A stretch of 64,000 bases of DNA from a virus. The notes below the pieces were generated by a model. It did not search any database and was not told the origin of the DNA. It saw only the letters and a list, made by a program, of their open reading frames with translations. The position numbers were made by a program, and so were the translations under genes. Location: the IMG/VR virus record IMGVR_UViG_3300020057_001232, positions 54,062 through 118,061 of that record; one strand, given 5' to 3'. Positions 38,478 to 48,455 of this stretch are shown here, one piece after another. The stretch's first letter is position 1. The number at the start of each line of letters is the position of its first letter.

Positions 38478-39737
38478 GTGAGTAATGAATTCTATAGCCT
38501 TGCGAGAACTTACGGCGGACTTTCACTTGAGTACGCAGACGTAAAGGAATCCGATTTTGCGTCCGCAGCAGCGTCAGCTTATTCTCCCTCAGAACGTGGT
38601 GACTTTAGACGTGTAGACGGAACAAGAAAAATTCAACTACTCATGGAGTGTCCAGGGGTAGTTGAATCTTTTCAAACTTCAGCGGGTACAATAGTTCTTC
38701 CAGCAAACGACGTATCAACAGCAACAAATGATGCTGGTGATGGACGTCTTTTCTTCTTTAGGAACTCTGGAACAGGTGCGATAGCTATCGAAGACTACTT
38801 CGGAAGCTCCCTGCACTCAGTCCCTGCTAGTACCACAATTATCATCATAGGTAACACCGCCAACACTTGGGACTTCATAGCTCCTAGTGTGACGACCTTC
38901 AATACTCCCTCTACTCAACTCGTAGATCAAGCTAACGCTCAAGGCGTATCGCCAGACAGCAGTCGCGCGGATCATATCCATAGTATACCGACAGCTACTC
39001 CTACAGACGTAGGCTCCGCTAACGCTCAAGGTATTGCTACGACGACGGTCAAGTCTGACCACGTCCACAGAGGCGTGCATAGTCTCAAAGCTACAGCCAC
39101 AGGCACTCAACGCTTTGGTGACATCACACTTGAAAAAGGTTCCAATATTGTCCTCTCAGACAATGGTTTGGGCTCTTTCATCATATCAACTTTAGATCTG
39201 TCTATTACAGTTACGTCAGCCTCCACTCTCACTTTGACTGCCGCATCGACGGCGCAGCAAGTGTTTACGGGAGTTACGGTAGGTCAAAATGTAGATCTTC
39301 CTGACGCGACTACCTTAGATGTTGGTCGTCTATACTTCATCTGGAATGATTCCACCAAAAGCATCGACGTTAGAAACAGCACCAGTGCTTCGATCTTCAT
39401 CGTCCCACCGCACTACCGTGGAATCGTCACCCTCACCACCAACGCTACGGCGGCTGGCGTTTGGACCTGGATGATGATGTCGGAGTCAGAAGATTTAAGT
39501 CTTAAGTCTGGTGTTGCTAGCTCGGGTAGCTTTACTGGAAGCCCTAAAACGGCTCTAATCTCTTTCGCAACTCCATTTTTTTCCAACTTGTACGCAATTG
39601 TTATTACAGGCAGTGATAAACGTTCGTGGTCGTATGACAGCAAGACTGTCGGCGGGTTTACGATAGAAGCAAATGCAGCTACCGCGTTAACCGCAGAAGT
39701 TAGCTGGCACGCAATCTTAATCGGTGAGAATTCATAA
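38478..39737 (+). CDS. fibre-like structural protein (paralog family A)
   Basis: SRADH repeats, 'LPDATTL..G..Y' module, C-terminal 'F.GSPK.A...W.A..GE' module. Confidence 0.7.
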   Translation: MSNEFYSLARTYGGLSLEYADVKESDFASAAASAYSPSERGDFRRVDGTRKIQLLMECPGVVESFQTSAGTIVLPANDVSTATNDAGDGRLFFFRNSGTGAIAIEDYFGSSLHSVPASTTIIIIGNTANTWDFIAPSVTTFNTPSTQLVDQANAQGVSPDSSRADHIHSIPTATPTDVGSANAQGIATTTVKSDHVHRGVHSLKATATGTQRFGDITLEKGSNIVLSDNGLGSFIISTLDLSITVTSASTLTLTAASTAQQVFTGVTVGQNVDLPDATTLDVGRLYFIWNDSTKSIDVRNSTSASIFIVPPHYRGIVTLTTNATAAGVWTWMMMSESEDLSLKSGVASSGSFTGSPKTALISFATPFFSNLYAIVITGSDKRSWSYDSKTVGGFTIEANAATALTAEVSWHAILIGENS

Positions 39738-39794
39738 AACTACTACTGCGCAAGATTAACACGGGTATAATTCATAATATTTGAGGGGGTAGAG

Positions 39795-40397
39795 ATGCCG
39801 CATATTATCGATAGTATAATCATCGAAGGAACAGGTAGGACAAACGCCCTCAGCGTAGACGTAACAAGCACAGTAACTGCGGCAGGTTCGCAAGTTCTAA
39901 CGGCGGCTTCTACCTCGCAGCAAGTGTACACAGGTACAACTGCCGCTCAGTTGATCAGAGCACCAGACGCTACGACGCTTGCGGCGGGTCACACATACTG
40001 GCTTTGGAACCAAGCGACCGTCCCCGTGTCGTTCCAGAACAATACACCAGCCACTCAATTTACTTTGCCAGCCGGAGCTAGAGCTAGGGTTACTGTTACC
40101 GACATTAGCTCTGCGGCAGGTGTTTGGATTTGGTCGATTGAAACTAACTTAGCCGACCTAAAAACAAAAGCGGGGACGATCTCCGCAGGTACATTTACAG
40201 GTACTCCTAGAATCGCCACTGCTACTTTCGCTACCGCCTTCACTGACGCCAACTACAGTGTGTCTATCATCGGACAAGATGGTCGTACTTGGAGATACCA
40301 AACTAAAGCGGCTGGCTCGTTTGTGATCAACACACAAGCAAACACTGCTTTAACCTCCGCAGTTGACTGGATTGCAGTGTTCCAAGGTGAAAATTAA
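39795..40397 (+). CDS. fibre-like structural protein (paralog family A)
   Basis: MPHIID start; same two modules. Confidence 0.7.
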   Translation: MPHIIDSIIIEGTGRTNALSVDVTSTVTAAGSQVLTAASTSQQVYTGTTAAQLIRAPDATTLAAGHTYWLWNQATVPVSFQNNTPATQFTLPAGARARVTVTDISSAAGVWIWSIETNLADLKTKAGTISAGTFTGTPRIATATFATAFTDANYSVSIIGQDGRTWRYQTKAAGSFVINTQANTALTSAVDWIAVFQGEN

Positions 40398-40433
40398 CAG
40401 CTAAATTTTTGAGGAAATAGAGGGGATTTCAAG

Positions 40434-41348
40434 ATGCCGCATATTATTGATACAATGATCTCTGAAGGGCTACTAGATACTAGAAGTTTTAGGACTCAAG
40501 CGGTTGTAGCGGCTACGGCTGCTGCGACTACAACCTTAACGGTTTCCTCTGAACTAGCTCACCTCTACACAGGAACTACTGCTGGACAGATTATTCGTCT
40601 TGGCGATGCAACGACTTACACAGTCGGTCATCAGTACGAGATCCACAACAGCTCTACCCAGAGTATTGCTCTTCAGGATAACGGCGCAGGAGTTCTAGCT
40701 ACACTTGGAGCTGGGCAACGTGCTTCCGTAATTCTCCAGAACATTGGAACTGCGGCGGGTGTTTGGGCAGTCGTAGTTGGTCAAATCATTACCACTGCTG
40801 CTGCCTCAACGCAAAACCTTGAGCAGACGAACGCAGAAGGTACTTCGACTTCCCTAGCTAGAGCCGACCACGTTCACAACATTCCTACTGCTGCCCCGGT
40901 TGCAATTGGTACAGCTAACGCGGCAGGTGCCGCAGTTACTGCTGCAAGATCCGACCACGTTCACCGTGGTATCTCAAGCATCGACGCCAACGCAGGCACT
41001 GACCGCTACGGCGATATCACACTACAGCAGGGTACAAACTTAACTGTTGTAGACAACGGTTCTGGTACGTTGACGTTCAACGCTACTGCCCAAGTTGGTA
41101 CTGGCTTAGTCATCAAAGCAGGTACGGTAGCTGCCGCTACGTTTGCGGGAAGCCCTAAAAAAGCCACGGTTACTTTCGGCGCTGCGTTTGCGGCTGCTAC
41201 TTATTCAATCAACGTAACTGGTGGTGACGGACGCACTTGGACCTTGGAGAGTATTGCAGTTGGATCTTTCGTGATTAATGCTAACGCCAACGCAGCACTT
41301 ACTCAACCAGTACGTTGGGAAGCGATTGCCGCAGGCGAATCTAACTAA
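40434..41348 (+). CDS. fibre-like structural protein (paralog family A)
   Basis: MPHIID start; ARADH repeats; same modules. Confidence 0.7.
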   Translation: MPHIIDTMISEGLLDTRSFRTQAVVAATAAATTTLTVSSELAHLYTGTTAGQIIRLGDATTYTVGHQYEIHNSSTQSIALQDNGAGVLATLGAGQRASVILQNIGTAAGVWAVVVGQIITTAAASTQNLEQTNAEGTSTSLARADHVHNIPTAAPVAIGTANAAGAAVTAARSDHVHRGISSIDANAGTDRYGDITLQQGTNLTVVDNGSGTLTFNATAQVGTGLVIKAGTVAAATFAGSPKKATVTFGAAFAAATYSINVTGGDGRTWTLESIAVGSFVINANANAALTQPVRWEAIAAGESN

Positions 41349-41359
41349 TTTTGAGAGTG

Positions 41360-41395
41360 TATTTGGTTGAGTTCTAAATTAGAATCAACCAAATA
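41360..41395. terminator. AT-rich intergenic hairpin
   Basis: TATTTGGTTGA.TTCTA-aat-TAGAA-TCAACCAAATA. Confidence 0.5.
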
Positions 41396-41426
41396 ACCTA
41401 TAATTATAGTTAAGGACATTTTTTAA

Positions 41427-42743
41427 ATGCCTAATATTGTAGATATTCAAACGGTTGAGGGTCTTACAGACACTCGGAGTTTTAGGACCCAAGCCCTTGT
41501 ACAAGCAACTGCTGCGGTAACCACTAGCCTAACGGTTGCCTCAGAAGCTTCCATTATGTTCACCGGTACAGTGGTGGGACAGATTGTTGCCTTAGGCAAT
41601 GCAACTACTTACACGGTGGGTCACCGGTACGAAATCCACAACAACTCTACCCAAAACGTTGTACTACACAATAACCCAGGTACAACTTTAGCTACAATTG
41701 GTGCGGGGCAGCGAGCCTCAGTTATCCTTCAAAATAACACAACTGCTGCTGGTATTTGGGCTATAGTTCTTGGTGGAGCTAGTGTAGTTACAACTAACCT
41801 CGGTGTAGTTCAAAAGCGAAGAACCACTACTTATACGATGACCGGCTCTTTCGCTAGTATCACATTTAACACACTAGATATCGAATCAAACTCTGCGGTA
41901 GTAGACGCAGACCCTGTTAATACAGACCGTATTAGGATACAGGAAACAGGTCTCTACCAAATATCATTCACGCTAAATACAGAGATAAGTGCCTCCGGAT
42001 CGATCAGCTACAGAGCTTTTGTAAACAATACCACAGCTATTCTAGGCTCCCAGCAGGTGATTGATGGGGGTGACGAACTTTCTGTTGTTGAATGTTATGC
42101 GAACTTAACAGCCGGAGACTTCGTTACAGTCCAACTACAAAACACCGGAGGCTCCGGTACAATAGTAGCAAACGCTTTGTTCTGTATTGAACGATGTACA
42201 GGAGCACAGGGACCTCAAGGAGCAGCCGGTGGTTCAACTATCACTGTCCAAGAAGAAGGTTCAACAGTAGCGTCTAATATCTCACAGATAAATTTCGTAG
42301 GTCCCACCACTACAGTAACTTCTCCAGGGGCGGGACAGATAGTTGTCACTACTCTTTCAGGCGGTTTCGGTGCAAACTACGCCTACATCACATCTGACTC
42401 ACTTGATACTACAAACTCAACTACCTATCAGGTCAAAGCAACTTTAAGCACTGGTTCAATTCCGGCAGGTACTTACAGGGTGGGATGGCACTACAACTGG
42501 TATTACACAAGCACTAGTAGAAGATTTGACGTTAGGGTCAGACTGAATGATACGACCGACATCGGAGAACACCTAGAAGAACCTTCTGATTCGGCTACCA
42601 ACCAAAGAAGGTCACCTGGAGGTTTTGCTAACATAACGGTAGGTGCAAGTACGAACAGTATCACCCTAGAGTACCGCTCTAGTAACGGATCAGACACCGC
42701 AGGGATTGCCAACGCCCGTCTTGAATTTTGGCGGGTACAGTAA
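41427..42743 (+). CDS. fibre/receptor-binding-like protein with C1q/BclA-like domains
   Basis: N-terminus paralogous to 40434; 'ITFNT...I.ETGLYQISF...LTAGDFVTVQ'; short collagen-like GAQGPQGAAG. Confidence 0.7.
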   Translation: MPNIVDIQTVEGLTDTRSFRTQALVQATAAVTTSLTVASEASIMFTGTVVGQIVALGNATTYTVGHRYEIHNNSTQNVVLHNNPGTTLATIGAGQRASVILQNNTTAAGIWAIVLGGASVVTTNLGVVQKRRTTTYTMTGSFASITFNTLDIESNSAVVDADPVNTDRIRIQETGLYQISFTLNTEISASGSISYRAFVNNTTAILGSQQVIDGGDELSVVECYANLTAGDFVTVQLQNTGGSGTIVANALFCIERCTGAQGPQGAAGGSTITVQEEGSTVASNISQINFVGPTTTVTSPGAGQIVVTTLSGGFGANYAYITSDSLDTTNSTTYQVKATLSTGSIPAGTYRVGWHYNWYYTSTSRRFDVRVRLNDTTDIGEHLEEPSDSATNQRRSPGGFANITVGASTNSITLEYRSSNGSDTAGIANARLEFWRVQ

Positions 42744-42768
42744 CAATTTTGTGAAATAGGATACAATT

Positions 42769-44130
42769 ATGTCAGCAACGAAATACACATACTCGATAGC
42801 AGCAGACACCGCCTCTGGGCTCGTTAATACGGATTCCTTGTCTAGTCAAATACAGGCTTCCGCAATTGTAATTGTCCTAGACTACATTAACTCTAGCGGT
42901 GACGTGCTTGATGTTTGGATGAAGGCTGCTTTGTCAGGCGGCGATGAAACTATTCTGGATTCAGTAGTGGAGGCACACCTCGGGGTTGCTCCCCCAGATT
43001 TAGCCCAGCCGGTTGTTGTTTCCAACTTTCCTGCGCAGGTACTAGGTGCTTCAGGTGCTCCCATTGTTGAGCAAGGTCACTTGACAGGGGTCATTGGATC
43101 GAAAGCGGTGTCAATTGTTTCTCCTAACTTGGGAAACCGTTGTACTTGGTATCAAAAGTCAGTGAAGGTTACCGCAGAAACACTCACCAACTCGGGCAAC
43201 GACCTTCTTTTCACTAGCGTCAATCCTTGGTGGATTGACATCTACAACCCCAAGCTAACGTACAGCCACAAGCAACTACCTAAACGAGACGCTTCCTTCG
43301 GCAGGCACTCAGATTGGGCAGTTCTAGTTTATGTTGACGGAGTTCTACAAACTAGTGGTTACACCCTTAATTATGTGAACGGAACGGTTACGTTTGCAGC
43401 GTCTAAAGCAGGAAACACAATCACGACAACTTATTGGCATACCAACGGTGTAGCTAACTGCTCTGAGTGGTTATTTAGTCCAGCAGCAGGGAAGAAGTTC
43501 ATTATCAGTTGTGTTGAACTTCAGTATTCAATGAACATGCCAGCCACCTTCGACACGATTAGGTTTGAGGTATGGGGTGGCGCTCCTCTTGCCCAATATT
43601 CTGGCAACGTAGCTCCCGCTTCTACAGTGTCTGCGGACTCTAGTATTTGTTATCCAGGAATTCAACCTCAACGAACAACCGTAAGCTCAGACTTTACGCA
43701 GCCTGCGGCAGGCGCGACGGTTACTGTAACAGTGGGATCGACCACTGGAATGGCTCCTGGACAAGCCCTATTCATCACAGGTGGTGGGTTTTACGGGATT
43801 GGAGCCGTACTAAACGCAACTACTCTCGTTCTACAAAACTTGGGGTTCGAAAGCTTTTCAGACGCTGTTTACGATTTAGGTTTCGGACAGTTTAGAGCTG
43901 ACTACAGAAACGTCTGGGATATTTTGAATACATCGAACAACCAACAGTCGGGCATAGTTCCTAAACACAGTGATATGCAGAACGACCTATTCATAGCTCC
44001 TTATAACTACACACAGGCGTCGGTATTCGACTCCGCATTAAACGCTACTCTTAGAGTCTGCTTGAAAGCTGATACTCCTATTGCTGATATAGAAATCGCT
44101 TCGGCAACCTTCTACATCCAAATTGTCTAA
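42769..44130 (+). CDS. virion structural protein
   Basis: Beta-rich; 'VYVDGVLQTSGYTLNYVNGTVTF'. Confidence 0.65.
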   Translation: MSATKYTYSIAADTASGLVNTDSLSSQIQASAIVIVLDYINSSGDVLDVWMKAALSGGDETILDSVVEAHLGVAPPDLAQPVVVSNFPAQVLGASGAPIVEQGHLTGVIGSKAVSIVSPNLGNRCTWYQKSVKVTAETLTNSGNDLLFTSVNPWWIDIYNPKLTYSHKQLPKRDASFGRHSDWAVLVYVDGVLQTSGYTLNYVNGTVTFAASKAGNTITTTYWHTNGVANCSEWLFSPAAGKKFIISCVELQYSMNMPATFDTIRFEVWGGAPLAQYSGNVAPASTVSADSSICYPGIQPQRTTVSSDFTQPAAGATVTVTVGSTTGMAPGQALFITGGGFYGIGAVLNATTLVLQNLGFESFSDAVYDLGFGQFRADYRNVWDILNTSNNQQSGIVPKHSDMQNDLFIAPYNYTQASVFDSALNATLRVCLKADTPIADIEIASATFYIQIV

Positions 44131-44142
44131 GGAAGTTTATAG

Positions 44143-44820
44143 ATGCTAACCAAGTTTTTAAATTGGTTCAAAACGACAAGCTTATGGGTAAGACTTGCGC
44201 GTCACACAATTGCTCATTTTACCTTCAGGCTTTTTGGCTACCCCAAATTCCCCATCGAAAAATACTTCGACATCGTAGACGCAATGACGTTAGACCCCGA
44301 CGCACTTTACTCTTTCGTGAGTGCTGACAAGTCGTCTTTAGCTTGGCGTCTGAACCACTTCATCACTGGTGCGTTTTGGGGTCATGCAGGCATCGTCCTC
44401 TTCGAGGGTGGGAAGCCTACGGCGTGGCACATGAAAGGCAATGGTCTTAACGGGTGGCACCTCTTAGACATCCTGAAGGAGTGCGACAACTTCGCTTTGG
44501 TGAAGCTACCCCTCCATGGTGCAGATTTGACTGAAGCCAAAAGACGCCTGGAGGTTCTCAAAAATGCGCCTCTGGTAGCTTACGACTATCAGTTAGAGCT
44601 AACGCCTGATGTTCTAGATTTCTTACAGCTTGGAGCGCCGATCGAAGAAGGCGCGAAGCCTCTAAAGATCTACTGTTCGGAGCTTAACTACGCAATCTGC
44701 TACGGACTGATTAAAGATCCAACTTGGAAAGGGTACTGGGAGCCCCGCGTAAAAGTCGGGATGCACGTCTTTGAGCCTGACCAAGTTTATGCTGGCGGTC
44801 CTGTTGTGTTTGAAGATTGA
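44143..44820 (+). CDS. permuted papain-like NlpC/P60 (YiiX/YebB-like) enzyme
   Basis: WGHAGI (His) precedes YDY and IYCSEL (Cys). Confidence 0.75.
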   Translation: MLTKFLNWFKTTSLWVRLARHTIAHFTFRLFGYPKFPIEKYFDIVDAMTLDPDALYSFVSADKSSLAWRLNHFITGAFWGHAGIVLFEGGKPTAWHMKGNGLNGWHLLDILKECDNFALVKLPLHGADLTEAKRRLEVLKNAPLVAYDYQLELTPDVLDFLQLGAPIEEGAKPLKIYCSELNYAICYGLIKDPTWKGYWEPRVKVGMHVFEPDQVYAGGPVVFED

Positions 44821-44907
44821 CACAATACTTGTTTGACAATTTAAACGTTTGACGAGAAGCTTTGAGCTAAGATCAGACTTGCAATTACCTTTACTTGGGA
44901 GCAAAGC

Positions 44908-46233
44908 ATGGAAGCTATTGAGGGACATTTGTTCTCTCTGTGGGCAGATATCTCGCATTTCTTCGGTCAGTACGAACTCAACGAAGGCATGTTGTGGATT
45001 TTTTTAGGCACTTACGCCTTTACGTTGATCACCGACTTAGGGCGCACGACTCTAGAAGTTTTTTTCAACTTCTTTCGTCGTCCTGGAAATCCGCCTAGGG
45101 TTAAGTTGGAGACCTCTGAGTGCGCTATTGTAATCCCTTGTTACAACAGCGATGAGGTCATCAAAGAAACACTCGACACATTGCCTTCTGGTTACAAGAT
45201 CTACGCCGTAGCGAATGGCTGCACAGACCGCACGATGGCGATTTTGCAGGAGTGCTCCACATATCTCCCGAACCTGGAAGTTATCAACACGGCAGTGCCG
45301 GGTAAGATCCGCGCAGTCCTTTTAGGAGCGCTCAAAGCGCGCAAAGACGGCTACTCACACTTCATGCTGCTCGATGACGACATCCAGTGGTGTAAAGAAG
45401 CTGACGGCTCGCCGCAACCGATCACAGTCTATAACAAGGCAAAAGCTGTAACAGCTCTACCTGTCGTCCCTAGCAAGGTTGATCTCAACTGGATTCGCAG
45501 CGTTCAAGCCGTCGAGTATCAAATGATGTGTGCTTCTAAGAGAGCGCAAGGTAACTTAGGCAACGTGATTATGGCGTCGGGTGCGGCAGGCATCTACACG
45601 CTTAAGACCTTCATCGACTCCATGCAAGATCACGACGGCGAACATGTCGGCGACGACCTTCAGTGCAGCTATATTCACCACGTAAAAGGCTACAAAATCG
45701 ACTTCAACTCGGAGGCGGTGGTCCAAACACACCCGCCTGTTACGCTTGGAAGTTGGTGGAAACAAAGAGCAAAACGCTGGGAAGCATCACCAGTTTTTAA
45801 CCTAGCGTGGTCCGCTAAGATTATATGTGCCCCACTTTCCAAGGAATTAAGCCCTGGGTGGTGGATTAGAGGCGTGACTTTTTATCGTGCCTTCGTAATT
45901 GTGAACGATCTTCTGCGTTGTTACAGCTTACCGTTTGTGCTGCTTTTTTCACCACATCTCGTTTTAGGCGTTTGGGCAATTACTTATTGCAGTGTACTAG
46001 CGAAGCTGGTAGCTTTTAGATACTTTTTCCAACAAGAGAGCTATGTCAAAATTGACGGAATAACCGTTGCTTCGATCCTAACGTATCCCCTCTATGGAGC
46101 TATGATGTGGATGAGCAGGGTTTATGCACTGCCTAAGGGCATCGCTCTTAACTGGAAATATTACGGCAAAGGTTCAAGGAAAGTTTCAACATTGGCATCT
46201 AAAATGCCAGAACTAGAAGGGGAGATCTTATGA
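44908..46233 (+). CDS. membrane GT2 processive glycosyltransferase (PgaC/hyaluronan-synthase-like)
   Basis: IPCYN, LDDD, SGAAGIY, GDD, QRAKRW (QxxRW-like); N- and C-terminal TM helices. Confidence 0.85.
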   Translation: MEAIEGHLFSLWADISHFFGQYELNEGMLWIFLGTYAFTLITDLGRTTLEVFFNFFRRPGNPPRVKLETSECAIVIPCYNSDEVIKETLDTLPSGYKIYAVANGCTDRTMAILQECSTYLPNLEVINTAVPGKIRAVLLGALKARKDGYSHFMLLDDDIQWCKEADGSPQPITVYNKAKAVTALPVVPSKVDLNWIRSVQAVEYQMMCASKRAQGNLGNVIMASGAAGIYTLKTFIDSMQDHDGEHVGDDLQCSYIHHVKGYKIDFNSEAVVQTHPPVTLGSWWKQRAKRWEASPVFNLAWSAKIICAPLSKELSPGWWIRGVTFYRAFVIVNDLLRCYSLPFVLLFSPHLVLGVWAITYCSVLAKLVAFRYFFQQESYVKIDGITVASILTYPLYGAMMWMSRVYALPKGIALNWKYYGKGSRKVSTLASKMPELEGEIL

Positions 46234-46979
46234 AGGCGAAGTTTCTTGGATTGATCTTAGGTGCGAGTCTCGTCTCTGGCGTTGCTCTAGCTCAAGATGA
46301 GTCCGCAATGGTCGTTCCGACCTCACAGGCGTCTACGTTCCGTTACGGTTACAGTGCGGAGAGCTACGAAAAGGCTGACGGCTCGACCGTCGAAGAGTCG
46401 TGGTACAGTGCTCGCTCTGGACACCTCAGCGGTGCTATCGACAGCAAGCTCAACAAGTATCGTTTGAGGCTCAATGCAAACGCAGGCGATCTCGTAGGTC
46501 TGCCTGACAACGCAGCGCTGAAGAAGTTCCAAGTGGAGCTTGGCGGCGAAAGCAACAGAGCGCCATACGGCTTGCTAGCTACCGAGCTTGCGCTCGTTAA
46601 GCATGTCAACCTGTTTGTCGGTACTGTTCACAACCCAGGTGGTTCACAGCGTTTCGTCGTTGGTCCAATCATGTATTGGTCGCAGTCGCACTCGATGCTT
46701 CTCTACTATCCAAAGCCGAGCAAGTCCGAGTCTGTCGTCGAGCATTCCCTAATCCTCAAAAACCGAGTTCGTGAATTTGGTAAGTTGGCTTGGCTAGACG
46801 CTGACGCTTCCTACAAAGTCGTTCCTTCGGACGATCAAGTGGCAGGCTTCTCCGACTACGGCTACGGCTTGACGTTGGGCGTTTGGAAGCTTTACGGTAA
46901 GTATTCCGTCACGCCGTATTGGGAAGGCAACAAAGTCCAAAAGACAGCTTACGAAGCAGGCATCGACGCTAGCTTCTAA
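46230..46979 (+). CDS. putative outer-membrane beta-barrel protein
   Basis: Signal peptide (ALA-Q), amphipathic strands, C-terminal YEAGIDASF. Confidence 0.55.
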   Translation: MKAKFLGLILGASLVSGVALAQDESAMVVPTSQASTFRYGYSAESYEKADGSTVEESWYSARSGHLSGAIDSKLNKYRLRLNANAGDLVGLPDNAALKKFQVELGGESNRAPYGLLATELALVKHVNLFVGTVHNPGGSQRFVVGPIMYWSQSHSMLLYYPKPSKSESVVEHSLILKNRVREFGKLAWLDADASYKVVPSDDQVAGFSDYGYGLTLGVWKLYGKYSVTPYWEGNKVQKTAYEAGIDASF

Positions 46980-47046
46980 TTGCATCTTCTGAATTTTTAT
47001 GCAAGGATTGGCTCACCACCAAGCCTTTTTCTTTTGGGAGTTCCTA

Positions 47047-47631
47047 ATGCTTAAATCCCTGTTCGTCGTTGCGTCTGTCGTCTTCTCTGCTCCTGTAGGC
47101 GAAAGCGGTCGTTTCCTTCTTAACCATACCCTAAGCTCTAACATCATGCTCGAAGGAAGGGCGGATGTCGATGTGGTCGCAGCAAACGATATCGACGCAA
47201 CAGTTGAGCTTGACTGTGCCTTCAAAGTCCGATTCATCGGTGACCTCGGTGGAGCCGCTGCCGAACACCTCCCTCTGACTCTGTTCAACGGCGAGCTGTT
47301 AGACCAACTGAAAAGAGACGGGTCTATTGTAGACGAAGACTTCACCGCCCACTACGAAGGTGTCGAGCTTATCACGCTGCAAAACGGTACCAGCCACACA
47401 GTAGATAAGATCATGATCGACGGCATCAACACGGCAGGAACGGAAGACCACCCCTGCTTTCAACGGCTAGTCACTGCCATGGCGAAGGTCTATGACCGCA
47501 AAGCTGCCGTCAGTAACTTAGTCATCAAAGGCTACGTCGCTCCCGGTCAAATCCTCGGCGGGCTAGTCCGCATCGTAGTCTCAGGACGATCCTCAGGCGT
47601 AAACTTCATCGCAGGTCTCGATAAGGAGTAA
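47047..47631 (+). CDS. exported hypothetical protein
   Basis: GGGAG RBS, N-terminal signal-like segment. Confidence 0.6.
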   Translation: MLKSLFVVASVVFSAPVGESGRFLLNHTLSSNIMLEGRADVDVVAANDIDATVELDCAFKVRFIGDLGGAAAEHLPLTLFNGELLDQLKRDGSIVDEDFTAHYEGVELITLQNGTSHTVDKIMIDGINTAGTEDHPCFQRLVTAMAKVYDRKAAVSNLVIKGYVAPGQILGGLVRIVVSGRSSGVNFIAGLDKE

Positions 47632-47636
47632 GACGA

Positions 47637-47819
47637 ATGCCCGCAGCTCTAAAACCCACTTTGGTCGTCTTCATTGACATCCTCCCCACGGCTAAAGCAG
47701 GGGGTTTTACGCTGAGTTTCGATAAAGATGGCGATCACACCGTCTTCGAAGTCTCTTACAAGAGAAAAGGACATCGGCAGCAATATGCTTTCGTCGTAGG
47801 AGATGCCAATGGCGGATGA
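47637..47819 (+). CDS. small protein carrying an in-frame 48-bp insertion
   Basis: AAGGAG RBS; removing 47674-47721 restores VFNKDG. Confidence 0.55.
   Translation: MPAALKPTLVVFIDILPTAKAGGFTLSFDKDGDHTVFEVSYKRKGHRQQYAFVVGDANGG
47674..47721 (-). mobile_element. 48-bp IS200/IS605-type palindromic mini-element
   Basis: Minus strand TTAT|CGAAACTCAGCGTAAAACCCCCTGCTTTAGCCGTGGGGAGGATGTCAA; identical to 57415-57462. Confidence 0.85.
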
Positions 47820-48132
47820 CACACCGATCAAAGTCACCGTAAGCGGAGAGACCGTCTACAAGGCGGTCAAGAACTTCCTACTTCATGACGACGATTTCCG
47901 TAAGAAGGTTGATGCCGTCTTGGCGAAACTTGAAGTCGAAGAAACCCTTTCGGCGTGTGCGGAGAGGGCAGTCGAAAAGCATCTGTCTGCTAAATTCATG
48001 TACGGCGTCGGCATTGACCGTATGTTGGAGAAGGTGGCAAGCAAGCTCATCGCCGAGAAGTTAGATGAGATCTTGAACAGTAAGATCCAAGAAGCACTGA
48101 AGAACAGGAAATTCGTCGTTTTAGACCCTTGA
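47803..48132 (+). CDS. hypothetical protein
   Basis: AGGAG RBS. Confidence 0.65.
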   Translation: MPMADDTPIKVTVSGETVYKAVKNFLLHDDDFRKKVDAVLAKLEVEETLSACAERAVEKHLSAKFMYGVGIDRMLEKVASKLIAEKLDEILNSKIQEALKNRKFVVLDP

Positions 48133-48166
48133 CTCCAAAAGCTTCTTCTGAGATTATACAACAGCT

Positions 48167-48290
48167 ATGAAAAACTATTTAAACATTTCCATGTGGGTCA
48201 TTAGCTTCGGTTTCACCGAGGTCTTAGCCTGCTTGCGAAATCGACAAGCCCTCTGACTCGGGAAACCGAATCAGAGGGCTTTAAGTTTAT
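48167..48290 (+). promoter_or_regulatory. leader-peptide transcription attenuator upstream of tRNA pair
   Basis: 29-codon ORF 48167-48256; terminator AAGCCCTCTGA..TCAGAGGGCTT; alternative pairing TTCGGTTTC.CCGAG.TC with GACTCGGGAAACCGAA. Confidence 0.7.
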
Positions 48291-48293
48291 TAT

Positions 48294-48370
48294 GGCACCG
48301 TGGGTGAGAGGCTTAGCCACCTGACTCATATTCAGGATTTACGACAGTTCGAGTCTGTCCGGTGCTACCA
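48294..48370 (+). tRNA. tRNA anticodon CAT (elongator Met or Ile2)
   Basis: GGCACCG/CGGTGCT acceptor, CCTGA-CTCATAT-TCAGG, GACAG-TTCGAGT-CTGTC, ACCA end. Confidence 0.9.
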
Positions 48371-48380
48371 TTAGGTTCAT

Positions 48381-48455
48381 CCGCGTGTAGCTCATCGGTA
48401 GAGCACTGCCCTGATAAGGCAGGGGTAGAAAGTTCGATTCTTTCCACGCGGACCA
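48381..48455 (+). tRNA. tRNA-Ile(GAT)
   Basis: CCGCGTG/CACGCGG, CTGCC-CTGATAA-GGCAG, GAAAG-TTCGATT-CTTTC, ACCA end. Confidence 0.93.

Noticed and set aside
47674-47721. Mini-element TTGACA acting as a portable promoter
   Set aside because: No -10 hexamer at 16-18 bp spacing.
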